DNA of 64,000 nt from an uncultured Chthonomonadaceae bacterium (GCA_963817895.1 CAWFQB010000005.1:448001-512000); one strand, 5' to 3'; counted from the first letter of the stretch, positions 49,122 through 58,729 are shown. The notes: generated by a model from the sequence alone, not told the origin. Numbers and translations are program-made.

Positions 49122-49272
49122 CCACGCCTGACACTCCTTCCTTATTTTGCCTACAGGTACGCTTTGGGGTATGATATAAGACATAGTGGCCGCGTTGACC
49201 CTACAGGCGCAATCCTGCAAGGAGATGGCCGCGTCAGCAACTTCAGCAGAACAAAGCGGCAGGGAGCAGGCC

Positions 49273-50383
49273 ATGCGGCGCAGCGAACAACCGGGGCTGG
49301 TGGTGCGGCAGAAATCGCCGCTCAATCTGGAATATCAGTTTTCCACGCTTGCCGACTGGCTGGTTCCCACAGAACAGTTTTATGTCCGCAGCCACTTCGC
49401 CGCGCCGGAATTGGACGAAGTCCACATGGCGGCTGCGCGTCGAAGGCGCGGTGGAAACGCCGCTGGAACTCTGCCTCGCTGATCTCAAAGCCATGCCCTC
49501 CGCAACGTTTGCCGCCGTGATGGAGTGCGCCGGAAACGGGCGCGTCTTTTACGAGCCGGTAAGAGAGGGGCTGCAATGGCAGAACGGCGCGATTGGCAAC
49601 GCCGCGTGGACGGGCGTTCGCCTGCGCGACGTTCTGGCGAAGGCGGGCGTAAAACAATCGGGAATGGAAGTGGTTTTGGTGGGGGCGGACAGGGGCATTG
49701 TGGATGGGGGCAAAAAAACCGCGTCACCCGGCTCCATTGCCTTTGCCCGCAGCCTGCCGCTGGAAAAGGCGATGAGCGATGGCGCGTTGCTCGCCTATGC
49801 CATGAACGACGAAGCATTGACGCCGGAACACGGATTTCCTTTGCGCGGCGTTGTGGGCGGCTGGTTTGGCATGGCATGGGTGAAATGGATCACGCATATT
49901 TATGTGGTAGAGCGTCCGTTTCTGGGGTACTGGCAGGCGCGGGACTATTTCCGATGGGAGCGCAGTTTCGGCGAACCGATTCTTGTGCCGCTGTCGGAAA
50001 TGGCCGTAAAAGCGCAGATCGCCCGCCCGGTCAATGGCGCGATTGTGCGCGTGGGGCAACCCTGCCGCATCTTCGGCGCGGCCTGGAGCGGCGAAGCGGA
50101 AATCTCGGAAGTGCAGGTTTGTACGGAGGGCGGTACAGACTGGCAGCCCGCCACGCTTCTCGCGCCCCATTCCCGTTACGGGTGGCGGCTGTGGGAACAC
50201 CGCTGGACGCCGCCGCAGTCGGGACGCTATACCCTGCTTTGCCGCGCCATAGACGCGCAGGGCAATATGCAGCCCAATACGCAGCAGCCCGACCGCGAAA
50301 GCTACGTCGCCAACTGGAGCATCCCCGTCGAAGTGAAAGCCGTTGAGGAACCCGACCGGTATGAAGCCGAATTTATGATCTAA
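49273..50383 (+). CDS. sulfite oxidase-family molybdoenzyme, frameshift at ~49417
   Basis: PLNLE, FYVRSHF, MECAGNGR, FARSLP, HGFPLR, VKWI. Confidence 0.85.
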
Positions 50384-50403
50384 ACGCCAGAAAGGGACCG
50401 CGT

Positions 50404-51525
50404 ATGTACTTCAAGCAGATGCTCAATGATCGCTATGGCTGCGCGTCCTATGTGATCGGGTGTCAGACGGGCGAAGCCGCGATAGTGGACCCCGCTGTGG
50501 ACATCGAACCGTATACGGCCCTGCTGGAAACGCGCGGGCTGCGGCTGCGCTATGTGATTGATACGCACGTTCACGCCGACCATATTTCGGGCGCGCGCGA
50601 ATTGGCGAAGCGGCACGAGGCGCAACTGCTGATGCACGAGAACTCGCCCGCGTCCTATCCGTTCCTCCCCCTGCGCGACAATCAGGAGGTGGAACTCGGA
50701 CAGTTGCGCCTGCGCGTTTTGCATACGCCCGGACACCGGCAGGAATTGATCTCCCTGCTGGTCATCAACCCGCTTCGCAGCCCGGAGCCGTCCATGGTTC
50801 TGACCGGAGATTCGCTGCTTGTGGGGGATGTGGGGCGTCCCGATTTCGGGGGCGGGGATGCCGCCGCGCAGTACGACAGTTTGAGCCGCCTGCTGCGCCT
50901 GCCGGATTGGGTGGCTGTCTTTCCCGGCCATTTCGAGGGACCCTGCGGTAAGGGCATGTGCGGGCGGCCCAGTACCACCATCGGCTTCGAGCGCCTGTAT
51001 AATCCGCTTGCCCGCCTGAACCGGGCCGACTTTATTGAGTATCTAACCCGCGAAATCCCGCCGCGCCCGCTCAACATGACTGCTGTGGAGGCCACCAGTC
51101 GCGGACAGGCCGATATGCCCTGGGCCATGCTGGACGGAACGCGAAACGCGCCGGAAGCGAATATTGCCACTCTTACCGCTCGGCCTGAAACGTCCGTTTT
51201 GCTGGATGTGCGCGAACCGGAAGAGTTTGCGAACGGCCACATACCCGGCGCGATCAATCTGCCGCAGGCCGATCTCGCCACGCGACTGGACGCGCTGCCC
51301 CGCGACAGGCCGCTGTACATCGTGTGTAAGGGTGGCGCGCGTTCGCTGCGCGCGGCGCAATTTCTGGCGCAGCGCGGGTTTGAACAGGTTTGCAGCGTGG
51401 CGGGCGGAACGGACGCCTGGCGCGCGGAGGAGTATCTTCTGGAGGGAGAAACGACGGGCAGGCAACTGCCGCGCATCAAAGAAAGCGAGTGGGCGCATGC
51501 AGGCGGCTACGATTACGAAATATGA
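50404..51525 (+). CDS. MBL-fold persulfide dioxygenase-rhodanese fusion
   Basis: THVHADHISG, HTPGH, GDVGRPD, LDVREPEEF..GHIPGA, VCKGGARS. Confidence 0.9.
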   Translation: MYFKQMLNDRYGCASYVIGCQTGEAAIVDPAVDIEPYTALLETRGLRLRYVIDTHVHADHISGARELAKRHEAQLLMHENSPASYPFLPLRDNQEVELGQLRLRVLHTPGHRQELISLLVINPLRSPEPSMVLTGDSLLVGDVGRPDFGGGDAAAQYDSLSRLLRLPDWVAVFPGHFEGPCGKGMCGRPSTTIGFERLYNPLARLNRADFIEYLTREIPPRPLNMTAVEATSRGQADMPWAMLDGTRNAPEANIATLTARPETSVLLDVREPEEFANGHIPGAINLPQADLATRLDALPRDRPLYIVCKGGARSLRAAQFLAQRGFEQVCSVAGGTDAWRAEEYLLEGETTGRQLPRIKESEWAHAGGYDYEI

Positions 51526-51896
51526 ACCCTAACAAGTGGAAAGTTATTTTTATAATGCTGGTGTCGGTGGGGGCCGTTTCGCTGGGTGAGGCGTTGCTGT
51601 CCAAAGGCATGAAGCAAATGCCGATCGGCACGTTTGCGGTTGTAATGCGTTCGTTTCTGGTCAACGGCTATACGATGGGCGGCATGCTGCTGATGATTAT
51701 CTATTTCGGCTTTTATACGTATTCTCTGAAACTGGCCGATTTCAGTTTTGTGCTGCCGCTCACCGCCATGTCGTATGTGCTGGGCGCCCTGCTGGCAAAA
51801 TATCTGCTGCATGAGACCGTGAACACAGCCAAATGGATCGGCACGTTCGTTATCACGCTCGGCGTCATTATCGTAGGACTGGGGAGCGACGGCTAA
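51522..51896 (+). CDS. small four-TM EamA/ArnE-like transporter
   Basis: GEALLSKGM, ADFSFVLPLTAMSYV, LHE.V...WIG; ATGA overlap with the upstream gene. Confidence 0.8.
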   Translation: MNPNKWKVIFIMLVSVGAVSLGEALLSKGMKQMPIGTFAVVMRSFLVNGYTMGGMLLMIIYFGFYTYSLKLADFSFVLPLTAMSYVLGALLAKYLLHETVNTAKWIGTFVITLGVIIVGLGSDG

Positions 51897-51900
51897 TTCT

Positions 51901-53199
51901 ATGGCGCACGGATGGGTAGAGATGATGCTGATGATTTTGCGCGTCCTGCTCGGACTGTGCCTGTTCGCGTACAGCGCGTATGCGGGCGCGTGCGTGTGGG
52001 CGGCGCGGCAGTGGCATCGCGTTCGACAAGTGATTGACCCGGACTGGACGCCGCCCGTCACCATTCTCAAGCCCGTGCGCGGCAACGACGCTTACGCTTA
52101 CGACAACTTCGCCAGTTTTTGCCGTCTGGACTATCCCACCAATCGCGTTCAAATCGTATTCGGCGTGCTGGATGCGAATGACCCCGCCATTCGCGTGGTG
52201 CGCCAACTTCAATGCGACTTTCCAGACCGCGACATCACCATTATCGTTCCCCCGCCTGCCCCGCTTCGCGGCCACAACCTGAAAGTGTGCAACCTCGTCG
52301 CCATGCTCCCCGCCGCCAAGCATAGCCTTTTAGTCCTGTGCGACAGCGACATCCGCGTCGGGCCGGACTATTTGCGTCACGTCGTCGCGCCGTTTCGGGA
52401 AGAGGAAAGAAAAGGAGAAAAGGAGAAAAGGAGAAGAGGAGAAGAGGGGAAGATACGAGATACGAGATACGAGATACGAGAAGGAGAGGATTCATCCCTC
52501 ATCCTTCATCCTTCATCCTTTGCCGTCGGCCTTGTCACCTGTCCATATCGGGGGTTTTTGCCGCAGAATTTGCCATCGTATCTGGAAGCGTTGGGATTTG
52601 GGGCGGATTTTATACCGAGCGCGTTGGTCAGTCGGGCGTTGAGCGGAATTGATTTTGCATTTGGGGCAACGATTGCCATTCCGCGCGTTATTCTGGATGA
52701 AATCGGCGGTTTTGAGGCCATTCTGGATGACCTTGCCGATGATTTTTTGTTGGGCAACCGCGTGAAACATGCCGGGTATCAGGTTGTCTTATCCAATTAT
52801 GTAGTGGAGAATGTATTAGGAGCCGAGCCATTCGATACGATGTGGGCGCGGCGGCTGCGTTGGGCGCGAACCGTGCGCGCCTGCCGTCCCATTGGGTATC
52901 TGGGCGCGTTCATCACACAGGGCAGCACGCTCGCGCTGCTGTTCGGCATGGCGATGGGCTTCAACGCGCCCGGAATTTCTATCATGTTTGGCGTTCTCGC
53001 GGTACGCATTGCTGCCGCGACATGGATTGCCAACGTATATACCCATGATGTCAGTGTGCGGCGCGGCTGGCTGTTGCTGCCCCTGAGTGATCTGCTGCAA
53101 AGCGCCCTGTACGTCGTCAGCTTTTTTGGCAGCAACATCGTATGGCGCGGACAGAAGTTTCGATTGCTGACGGGCGGCAAAATTATTCGTATTCCCTGA
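51901..53199 (+). CDS. hpnI: hopanoid-associated glycosyltransferase (HpnI-like) with a 41-aa repeat-derived insertion
   Basis: PPVTILKPVRG, NLKVCNL, DSDIRV.PDYL, VGLVTCPY, LADDFLLG, RRLRWART. Confidence 0.8.
   Translation: MAHGWVEMMLMILRVLLGLCLFAYSAYAGACVWAARQWHRVRQVIDPDWTPPVTILKPVRGNDAYAYDNFASFCRLDYPTNRVQIVFGVLDANDPAIRVVRQLQCDFPDRDITIIVPPPAPLRGHNLKVCNLVAMLPAAKHSLLVLCDSDIRVGPDYLRHVVAPFREEERKGEKEKRRRGEEGKIRDTRYEIREGEDSSLILHPSSFAVGLVTCPYRGFLPQNLPSYLEALGFGADFIPSALVSRALSGIDFAFGATIAIPRVILDEIGGFEAILDDLADDFLLGNRVKHAGYQVVLSNYVVENVLGAEPFDTMWARRLRWARTVRACRPIGYLGAFITQGSTLALLFGMAMGFNAPGISIMFGVLAVRIAAATWIANVYTHDVSVRRGWLLLPLSDLLQSALYVVSFFGSNIVWRGQKFRLLTGGKIIRIP
52399..52521 (+). repeat. composite 8-mer/7-mer repeat element, in frame inside hpnI
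   Basis: (GGAGAAAA/GGAGAAGA)n-(GATACGA)4-GAAGGAGAGGA-(TTCATCC)4-TTT; 123 bp. Confidence 0.9.
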
Positions 53200-53327
53200 A
53201 ACTACCTTTTGAAGCTATTGGGTACGCAATGGGATTGCCGCCGCCGCCCATTCGTGCTATAATCAGATACGAACACTACATTAGAATACGAACACAAATT
53301 CCGGCCCGGAAAACTCAGGAAACTATT

Positions 53328-54272
53328 GTGACAACTTCGACAACCCTTGCTTCTCCACATATACTAAATGCGCTGCATACATCAGGTCGCGCCGACGCGG
53401 ACGAAACCCTCCTGTCCGCCGATCTTGCCGCCAAATACGCCGACTTGCAGGCTATTTTGCGCGATATGGGCAGGTGCGTTATCGGCTATTCGGGCGGCGT
53501 GGACAGTACCCTTGTGCTGAAAGTGGCCCATGACGTTCTCGGCAACCGCGCTGTAGCCGTGACCGGCGACTCGGAAGCGTTTCCGCAAGGCGAAGTGGAT
53601 GCCGCGCTCACAGTGGCTGAAGCGATGGGCGTGGTCGTGACGCGCGTTCGCACTCATGAACTCGCCAACCCGAACTTCGCCGTCAACACGCCCAACCGCT
53701 GCTACCATTGCAAAAACGAACTGTTCAGCGAACTGCAAACGGTTGCGCGGGAACGCGACATTCCGTGGATCGTGGACGGCTCCCATGCCGACGACGGCAA
53801 ACCGGGCGATCACCGTCCGGGCATCCGGGCGGCGGAAGAGCGCGGCGTTCGCAGTCCCCTGCGCGAAGCGGGCATGACCAAAGCCGACGTGCGCGCCCTT
53901 GCCCTGCATTTAGGCGTACCCAACTGGGACAAGCCCTCGTTTGCCTGCCTGTCGTCGCGCTTTCCGTATGGCACGGAGATCACGGCTCCCCTGCTGGCGC
54001 AACTGGACGGCTGTGAAAAGTTTCTGCGCGAACTCGGCTTCCGGCAGTTCCGCGTTCGCCACCATGATACGGTCGCCCGTATCGAAGTGGAACCGCAGGA
54101 CATTGTTCGCCTTGTAGAACTGCGCGAAACCGTCAACGCCCGCTTCAAGGAACTCGGCTATACCTATGTCACGCTTGATATGGAGGGCTACCGTTCCGGC
54201 AAAATGAACGACACGCTGCCCAAAAAACCCGATCTGGTTCCGCTCTCTTCCATACATATGATTAAGAAATAG
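53328..54272 (+). CDS. larE: ATP-dependent sacrificial sulfur transferase LarE
   Basis: YSGGVDST, RCYHCK, DHRPG, WDKPSFACLSSRFPYG, FRVRHH, GYRSGKMN. Confidence 0.9.
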   Translation: MTTSTTLASPHILNALHTSGRADADETLLSADLAAKYADLQAILRDMGRCVIGYSGGVDSTLVLKVAHDVLGNRAVAVTGDSEAFPQGEVDAALTVAEAMGVVVTRVRTHELANPNFAVNTPNRCYHCKNELFSELQTVARERDIPWIVDGSHADDGKPGDHRPGIRAAEERGVRSPLREAGMTKADVRALALHLGVPNWDKPSFACLSSRFPYGTEITAPLLAQLDGCEKFLRELGFRQFRVRHHDTVARIEVEPQDIVRLVELRETVNARFKELGYTYVTLDMEGYRSGKMNDTLPKKPDLVPLSSIHMIKK

Positions 54273-54421
54273 ACAATTTTGCTTACTCTTAATTGCCGCG
54301 CGTCGTAAAAATGCCGTCACAATGGCACTGCATCCGGGTTATAGTGAAGCAGCAACGCGCATCCGCGCATACACTGTACGCTTCATTGGACTTTGGACGC
54401 ATTTGTCAAAAGGGGACGACC

Positions 54422-55243
54422 ATGAAAGCTATTAACCTGACGGGCAAAACATTCGCAATCGCCGGTTTGTGTCTGCTGACGACAACCGGTATGACGCAGC
54501 AGCAGAATCCTGCCGATGGAACCGCTTCGGCGGCAGACCCGGCGGCAAGCGCGGCCCAGGCAACCAACCGGCAGATGGCCCGCTCGATTTGGGAACGCGC
54601 CCACATCGGGCCGAAAGGCGAAAAGTCCGCGCAGGTGGAATTCACAATAGATATTGCCTCCAGTGACAGCGGCGCAGCCTCTTTTACGCTGAAAATGACG
54701 CGGGTAGGCAAGCAGTACCGCATGGAACTAATTCCCATCGGGCAAGGCATCGGCGAATTGGGACGCGACGCTCGAAAAATGCGGATGCTAGTCGTTTCCG
54801 ATGGCAAAGCCGAATACTCTCTGGCGGGCCAAGAGTACACCAAAAGAGCCGCGAGCAGCCGATCTTCGCTCCTGTTTCTTGCCGATTCCACAACAGAACC
54901 TTGTGACCTGCTGCCGCCCGTCACGCTCAACGGCCAGCCTGCTTATGTGGTGCGTTCACGGGTCGGCGACAAAGATAACAGCATTGTTATGCTTAGTTAT
55001 ATCAATCAGAATACGTACCAGATTATGAAATTCGAGGCCGGAAACGATGTCGCGAACAGTGGATTTAACATTGTCGCCGCGATAAAAAGCGAAGTCTTCA
55101 ACAGGGATGTGCCGGAAAGCCTGTTCAAATTCACGCCGCCGCATGGCGCGAAACAGATACCGGCCACAGCGGACGCTTCCGCAAACCCGTTGCAGGTCGC
55201 TATGCTCGGCATGGCGGGAAGCGGCGCAAGCCACACTAAATAA
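54422..55243 (+). CDS. secreted LolA-like fold protein
   Basis: Signal peptide; VVSDGK, YINQNTYQI, FKFTPPHGAK. Confidence 0.65.
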   Translation: MKAINLTGKTFAIAGLCLLTTTGMTQQQNPADGTASAADPAASAAQATNRQMARSIWERAHIGPKGEKSAQVEFTIDIASSDSGAASFTLKMTRVGKQYRMELIPIGQGIGELGRDARKMRMLVVSDGKAEYSLAGQEYTKRAASSRSSLLFLADSTTEPCDLLPPVTLNGQPAYVVRSRVGDKDNSIVMLSYINQNTYQIMKFEAGNDVANSGFNIVAAIKSEVFNRDVPESLFKFTPPHGAKQIPATADASANPLQVAMLGMAGSGASHTK

Positions 55244-55273
55244 CCCAAGTTGAATAAGGAACTCAAAATACTG

Positions 55274-56026
55274 ATGCAGAAACTATTCGGAATGGTCGCA
55301 GGCGCGGCCTTTACGCTGCTGGCCGTTCAAACCGCGCAGGCGCAGGACGTGAAAGCCATTGTCGCCAAAACCAACGCGGCCTACCACAACCTGAAAACCA
55401 TCAAGCTTTCGCTGCAAACCACGATGACAATGGATAAACAGAGCAGCAACGTGACCACGGAAGGCCAGTTCATTCCCGGCAAAAAGGCCAATCTTGTCGT
55501 GACGCCCAAAACGCCCGGCAAGCCGATGATGCGTACCAAAGACGGCAAACTGGTTCCCACCCCGACCGGAAAACAGGGCGCGATGGTGGTGGACGACGGG
55601 CAGGCCAGTTACATGATGGACGTGGGGACCAACCAGTATGTCAAGCAGCCGCACAACCCCAACATCTTTCCGATTATGGGGATGAAGTACGGCCTGCCGT
55701 TCGGCGGCATGGACCCGAAGGCTTCGTATTACAAACTGCTGGCCCCGGCCACCATCAGCGGCGTCCCCTGCTTTACGCTGCAACTGACGCCGCCCTCCAA
55801 AGACGTAACTACAACCGTCTTGATCTACGTGGATAAAGCGACGTATCGCGTTAAAGAGGCCAAAATCACCCAATCCAACGGCAAGCAGACGATGATTGCC
55901 CAAACGCTGGTGAAATCCGAAACCATCAACGCGCCCATTGCCGACAGCGTCTTCACCTTCGCCCCGCCCAAAGGCGCGCAGGAAGTCAAGCCGCCGCCGC
56001 CTCAACCCGGACCGACAGGAAAGTAG
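55274..56026 (+). CDS. secreted LolA-like fold protein (paralogue)
   Basis: Signal peptide; VVDDGQ, NQYVK, YVDKATYRV, IADSVFTFAPPKGA. Confidence 0.7.
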   Translation: MQKLFGMVAGAAFTLLAVQTAQAQDVKAIVAKTNAAYHNLKTIKLSLQTTMTMDKQSSNVTTEGQFIPGKKANLVVTPKTPGKPMMRTKDGKLVPTPTGKQGAMVVDDGQASYMMDVGTNQYVKQPHNPNIFPIMGMKYGLPFGGMDPKASYYKLLAPATISGVPCFTLQLTPPSKDVTTTVLIYVDKATYRVKEAKITQSNGKQTMIAQTLVKSETINAPIADSVFTFAPPKGAQEVKPPPPQPGPTGK

Positions 56027-56031
56027 GTAGG

Positions 56032-56125
56032 AGATACGAGATACGAGATACGAGCATAAGAGTTGACACATCATACGGTTTATGAAGTCTGTCCCCTTCT
56101 TGTATCTCGTATCTCGTATCTTCCT
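56032..56125. repeat. inverted GATACGA heptamer array; the right arm matches part of the composite element
   Basis: (AGATACG)3 ... TCCCCTTCTTGTATCTCGTATCTCGTATCTTC. Confidence 0.85.
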
Positions 56126-56135
56126 CACTAAAACT

Positions 56136-56942
56136 ATGGATGCCGAACGACTCCGACAATTGCTGGAACATGTGCGGGGGGGCGAAACCTCGATTGAAGA
56201 GGCGATGGCTCTCCTGCGTTCCCTGCCGTATGAAGATTTGGGTTTTGCCAAACTGGATCACCACCGCGCCCTGCGCAACGGTTTTCCCGAAGTGGTGTAC
56301 TGTCCGGGCAAAACAACCGAACATATCCTTGCCATTCTGGATCGCCTCATACTCCGCGCTCCCAAAGTGCTGGCGTCCCGCGCCTCGCCCGAAGTCGCGC
56401 AGGCCGTGCTGAACCAGTTTCCCGACAACGCTGTTTATCACGAATTGGCGCGGATGTTAGTAGTAAAAGAAAAGGATGAAGGCGGAAGGATGAAGGATGA
56501 AGCCGAATCCAGTTCATCCCTGCCTTCTCCCAATACCCTCGGAACCATTCTCGTCGTGTCTGCGGGAACGGCGGATTTGCCGGTTGCGGAAGAAGCGGTG
56601 ATAACGGCCTCGGAGATGGGGAGTACGGTCGAACGGCTGTACGATGTGGGCGTAGCGGGTATACACCGCCTGCTGAATAATCAAGAACGGTTGTATGCGG
56701 CCAATGTGCTGGTTGTGGTGGCGGGGATGGAGGGCGCGTTGGCTTCCGTAGTGGGCGGGCTGGTATCGCGTCCCGTAATCGCCGTCCCGACCAGCATCGG
56801 CTATGGCGCGAGTTTTCAGGGATTATCCGCCCTGCTGACGATGCTGAATTCGTGCGCGACGGGTGTAGGGGTGGTCAACATAGACAACGGCTTCGGCGCG
56901 GGCTATCTGGCGCACCTTATCAATCAAAGCGTTGAGCGTTAA
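56136..56942 (+). CDS. larB: nickel pincer cofactor biosynthesis protein LarB, with a repeat-derived insertion
   Basis: DHHRALRNGFPEVVYCPGK, SAGTADLPVAEEA, DVGVAGIHRL, AGMEGAL, VNIDNGFGA. Confidence 0.9.
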   Translation: MDAERLRQLLEHVRGGETSIEEAMALLRSLPYEDLGFAKLDHHRALRNGFPEVVYCPGKTTEHILAILDRLILRAPKVLASRASPEVAQAVLNQFPDNAVYHELARMLVVKEKDEGGRMKDEAESSSSLPSPNTLGTILVVSAGTADLPVAEEAVITASEMGSTVERLYDVGVAGIHRLLNNQERLYAANVLVVVAGMEGALASVVGGLVSRPVIAVPTSIGYGASFQGLSALLTMLNSCATGVGVVNIDNGFGAGYLAHLINQSVER

Positions 56943-57001
56943 TACAGGCGGATACAAAAACGCAGGCAAGCACGATCCTAAGTGATGATCGCAACATACC
57001 G

Positions 57002-57068
57002 GTAGGGACACAACATGTTGTGTCCCATCTTGTTGTGCCAATGCGGACACAACATGTTGTGTCCCTAC
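57002..57068. repeat. GTAG-type REP doublet (REPIN-like)
   Basis: GTAG-GGACACAACATGTTGTGTCC, a 19-nt spacer, then GGACACAACATGTTGTGTCC-CTAC. Confidence 0.85.
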
Positions 57069-57086
57069 GACCTTTGACGGTAACGC

Positions 57087-57812
57087 TTACTTATGTGAAA
57101 TCAATTTCACGTCCCCGCCACTCGGAACTTCGCGGACAACGCCGATGTTGGGCGCATAATATTTGTACTCCGGGGCTTCGCCGCTGACGGTTTCCTTAAC
57201 CTTGACGCAATGTTTGTACGCGCCGGAGGGAATCGTGACGGTTTCCTCGACGGATACGACCTCATCGTCCTCGACCGCGATACCGGGCACATCTTCGGAA
57301 CGGAACTTGTCGCCCACTTTGGGATGCGCGGGTATCAGCAGTCCCGGCTTTGCGCTGTGTTCTCCGACCAGCCACGCGCCCTCGTGTCCGATGATTTTGC
57401 CATCGCGGTACATATCCACTTTTTCGCCAAGATAGTAGACGGCCCCGGCATCGGACTGCGCGAAGTAGTCCAGCGTAATTTCCTTCAGTTTGCCGCCCAC
57501 GAACTCGCGGTCTTCCATGATACGGGCTTCCACCTTTTGCCCGTCAATGGTAAACGCGCGCGAACCCGGCTTCATGCCGCGTTCCACGCGCAGGGTCTTG
57601 CCGTCCTCTTTGCCCGTCAGTATGTCCTGATGCAGGCTGTTCAACGGCAGGTAGGCGTTGGTAATCGCGGTGGGGTTGGCAAAGCGCAATTCCGCTGTTT
57701 TGGCAGGGGTAGACGGTTCGATCTGCGCGCGCAGGAGTTGCATAGAGGAACCGGACAGCGTTGCCAGCGTAGCACAGTAGAGCAAGATGCGCGAACGGGA
57801 AAGCGTGTTCAT
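57087..57812 (-). CDS. conserved-looking secreted hypothetical protein
   Basis: Signal peptide; ITNAYLPL, DYFAQ..GAVYYLGE.VD, HEGAW, YKYYAPNIGVV. Confidence 0.75.
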   Translation of the reverse strand: MNTLSRSRILLYCATLATLSGSSMQLLRAQIEPSTPAKTAELRFANPTAITNAYLPLNSLHQDILTGKEDGKTLRVERGMKPGSRAFTIDGQKVEARIMEDREFVGGKLKEITLDYFAQSDAGAVYYLGEKVDMYRDGKIIGHEGAWLVGEHSAKPGLLIPAHPKVGDKFRSEDVPGIAVEDDEVVSVEETVTIPSGAYKHCVKVKETVSGEAPEYKYYAPNIGVVREVPSGGDVKLISHK

Positions 57813-57882
57813 ACAAGCGTGTTCCTTTCATCTGAAGGCGCATGTCTGCCAGAGCAGGCACGATTGCAGTGTCTCATCCACC

Positions 57883-57928
57883 ATGATATACGGAAGAGTC
57901 TCACAGTGGGCTTAGAATTTTCTTAGAA
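57883..57928 (-). promoter_or_regulatory. tandem TTCTAAG boxes plus -10 element
   Basis: Minus strand TTCTAAG-aaaa-TTCTAAG-N22-TATCAT. Confidence 0.55.
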
Positions 57929-58005
57929 TATACGTTATAGATTTGTGCTACTCTGATAGCGCGACAAGAGCGTTGAACACCCTTTAAAGCCGGAGAACGA
58001 TCAGA

Positions 58006-58716
58006 ATGCTTAGAAAAGACCTTCTTTATGCAATGCTGGCAGGCGCGACCCTGTCGGGGATTGGCTGCCTGCTGCTGGCCCCGCGCCATACAACGCAGAC
58101 TGTTCCCGCGCGGGAAACTGCGTCCGTATATAAAGAGAGGCAATCCGCGCCGCCCGTTTCGGCTGTGGTCAATGAGGCAATTCGGGATGCCGCGCCTGTG
58201 ACCCGCGAGGCCGATGTTCATGCTGTAGCTGTCATGCGCCCCACGAAGCCTGCGAAGGCGTTCAAAAAGCCAATATTACTGCCGGAAACGCCGCCGGCAC
58301 GTAAAGCCGTCGCTTCCAAATCGTCCGTCGCGGTACAGGAAGCCCCGCCTGCCCCCGCCCTGCCGATTATGCAGAATTCGGCTCCGTCTGTTGCCGCGCA
58401 GGTATTTACGGCGCAGGAAGCGCGCATCGCGTTGGGCAAAGTGGGAACCGATCCTGAAGCGGAGGCCGTCTGGATTAGCGCCATCAACGACCCCAACATG
58501 CCCGCCAAACAGCGCAAAGACCTGATCGAAGACCTCAACGAAGAGGGCTTTGCCAACCCCAAACAACTGACAGGCGCGGACCTGCCCCGCATTGAGAATC
58601 GATTGGCCCTGATTGAAGAACTCGCGCCCGAAGCCATTGACCAGACCAACGCCGATGCGTTTCAGGAAGCCTACAAAGACCTCAAAAATATGCAAAGCCG
58701 CCTGAGCAAACCGTAG
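58006..58716 (+). CDS. membrane-anchored hypothetical protein
   Basis: N-terminal TM, Ala/Pro linker, helical C-domain (RKDLIEDLNEEGF). Confidence 0.7.
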   Translation: MLRKDLLYAMLAGATLSGIGCLLLAPRHTTQTVPARETASVYKERQSAPPVSAVVNEAIRDAAPVTREADVHAVAVMRPTKPAKAFKKPILLPETPPARKAVASKSSVAVQEAPPAPALPIMQNSAPSVAAQVFTAQEARIALGKVGTDPEAEAVWISAINDPNMPAKQRKDLIEDLNEEGFANPKQLTGADLPRIENRLALIEELAPEAIDQTNADAFQEAYKDLKNMQSRLSKP

Positions 58717-58729
58717 GATTGCCCTCAAC

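Noticed and set aside
9629..49420. Mass pseudogenisation or programmed frameshifting
   Set aside because: One indel per gene, no accompanying decay and no consistent slippery motif; sequencing error is more parsimonious.
56082..56135. N-terminal extension of LarB in the ORF track (MKSVPFLYLVSRIF)
   Set aside because: It is a translation of the intergenic heptamer arm; LarB similarity begins at ATG 56136.
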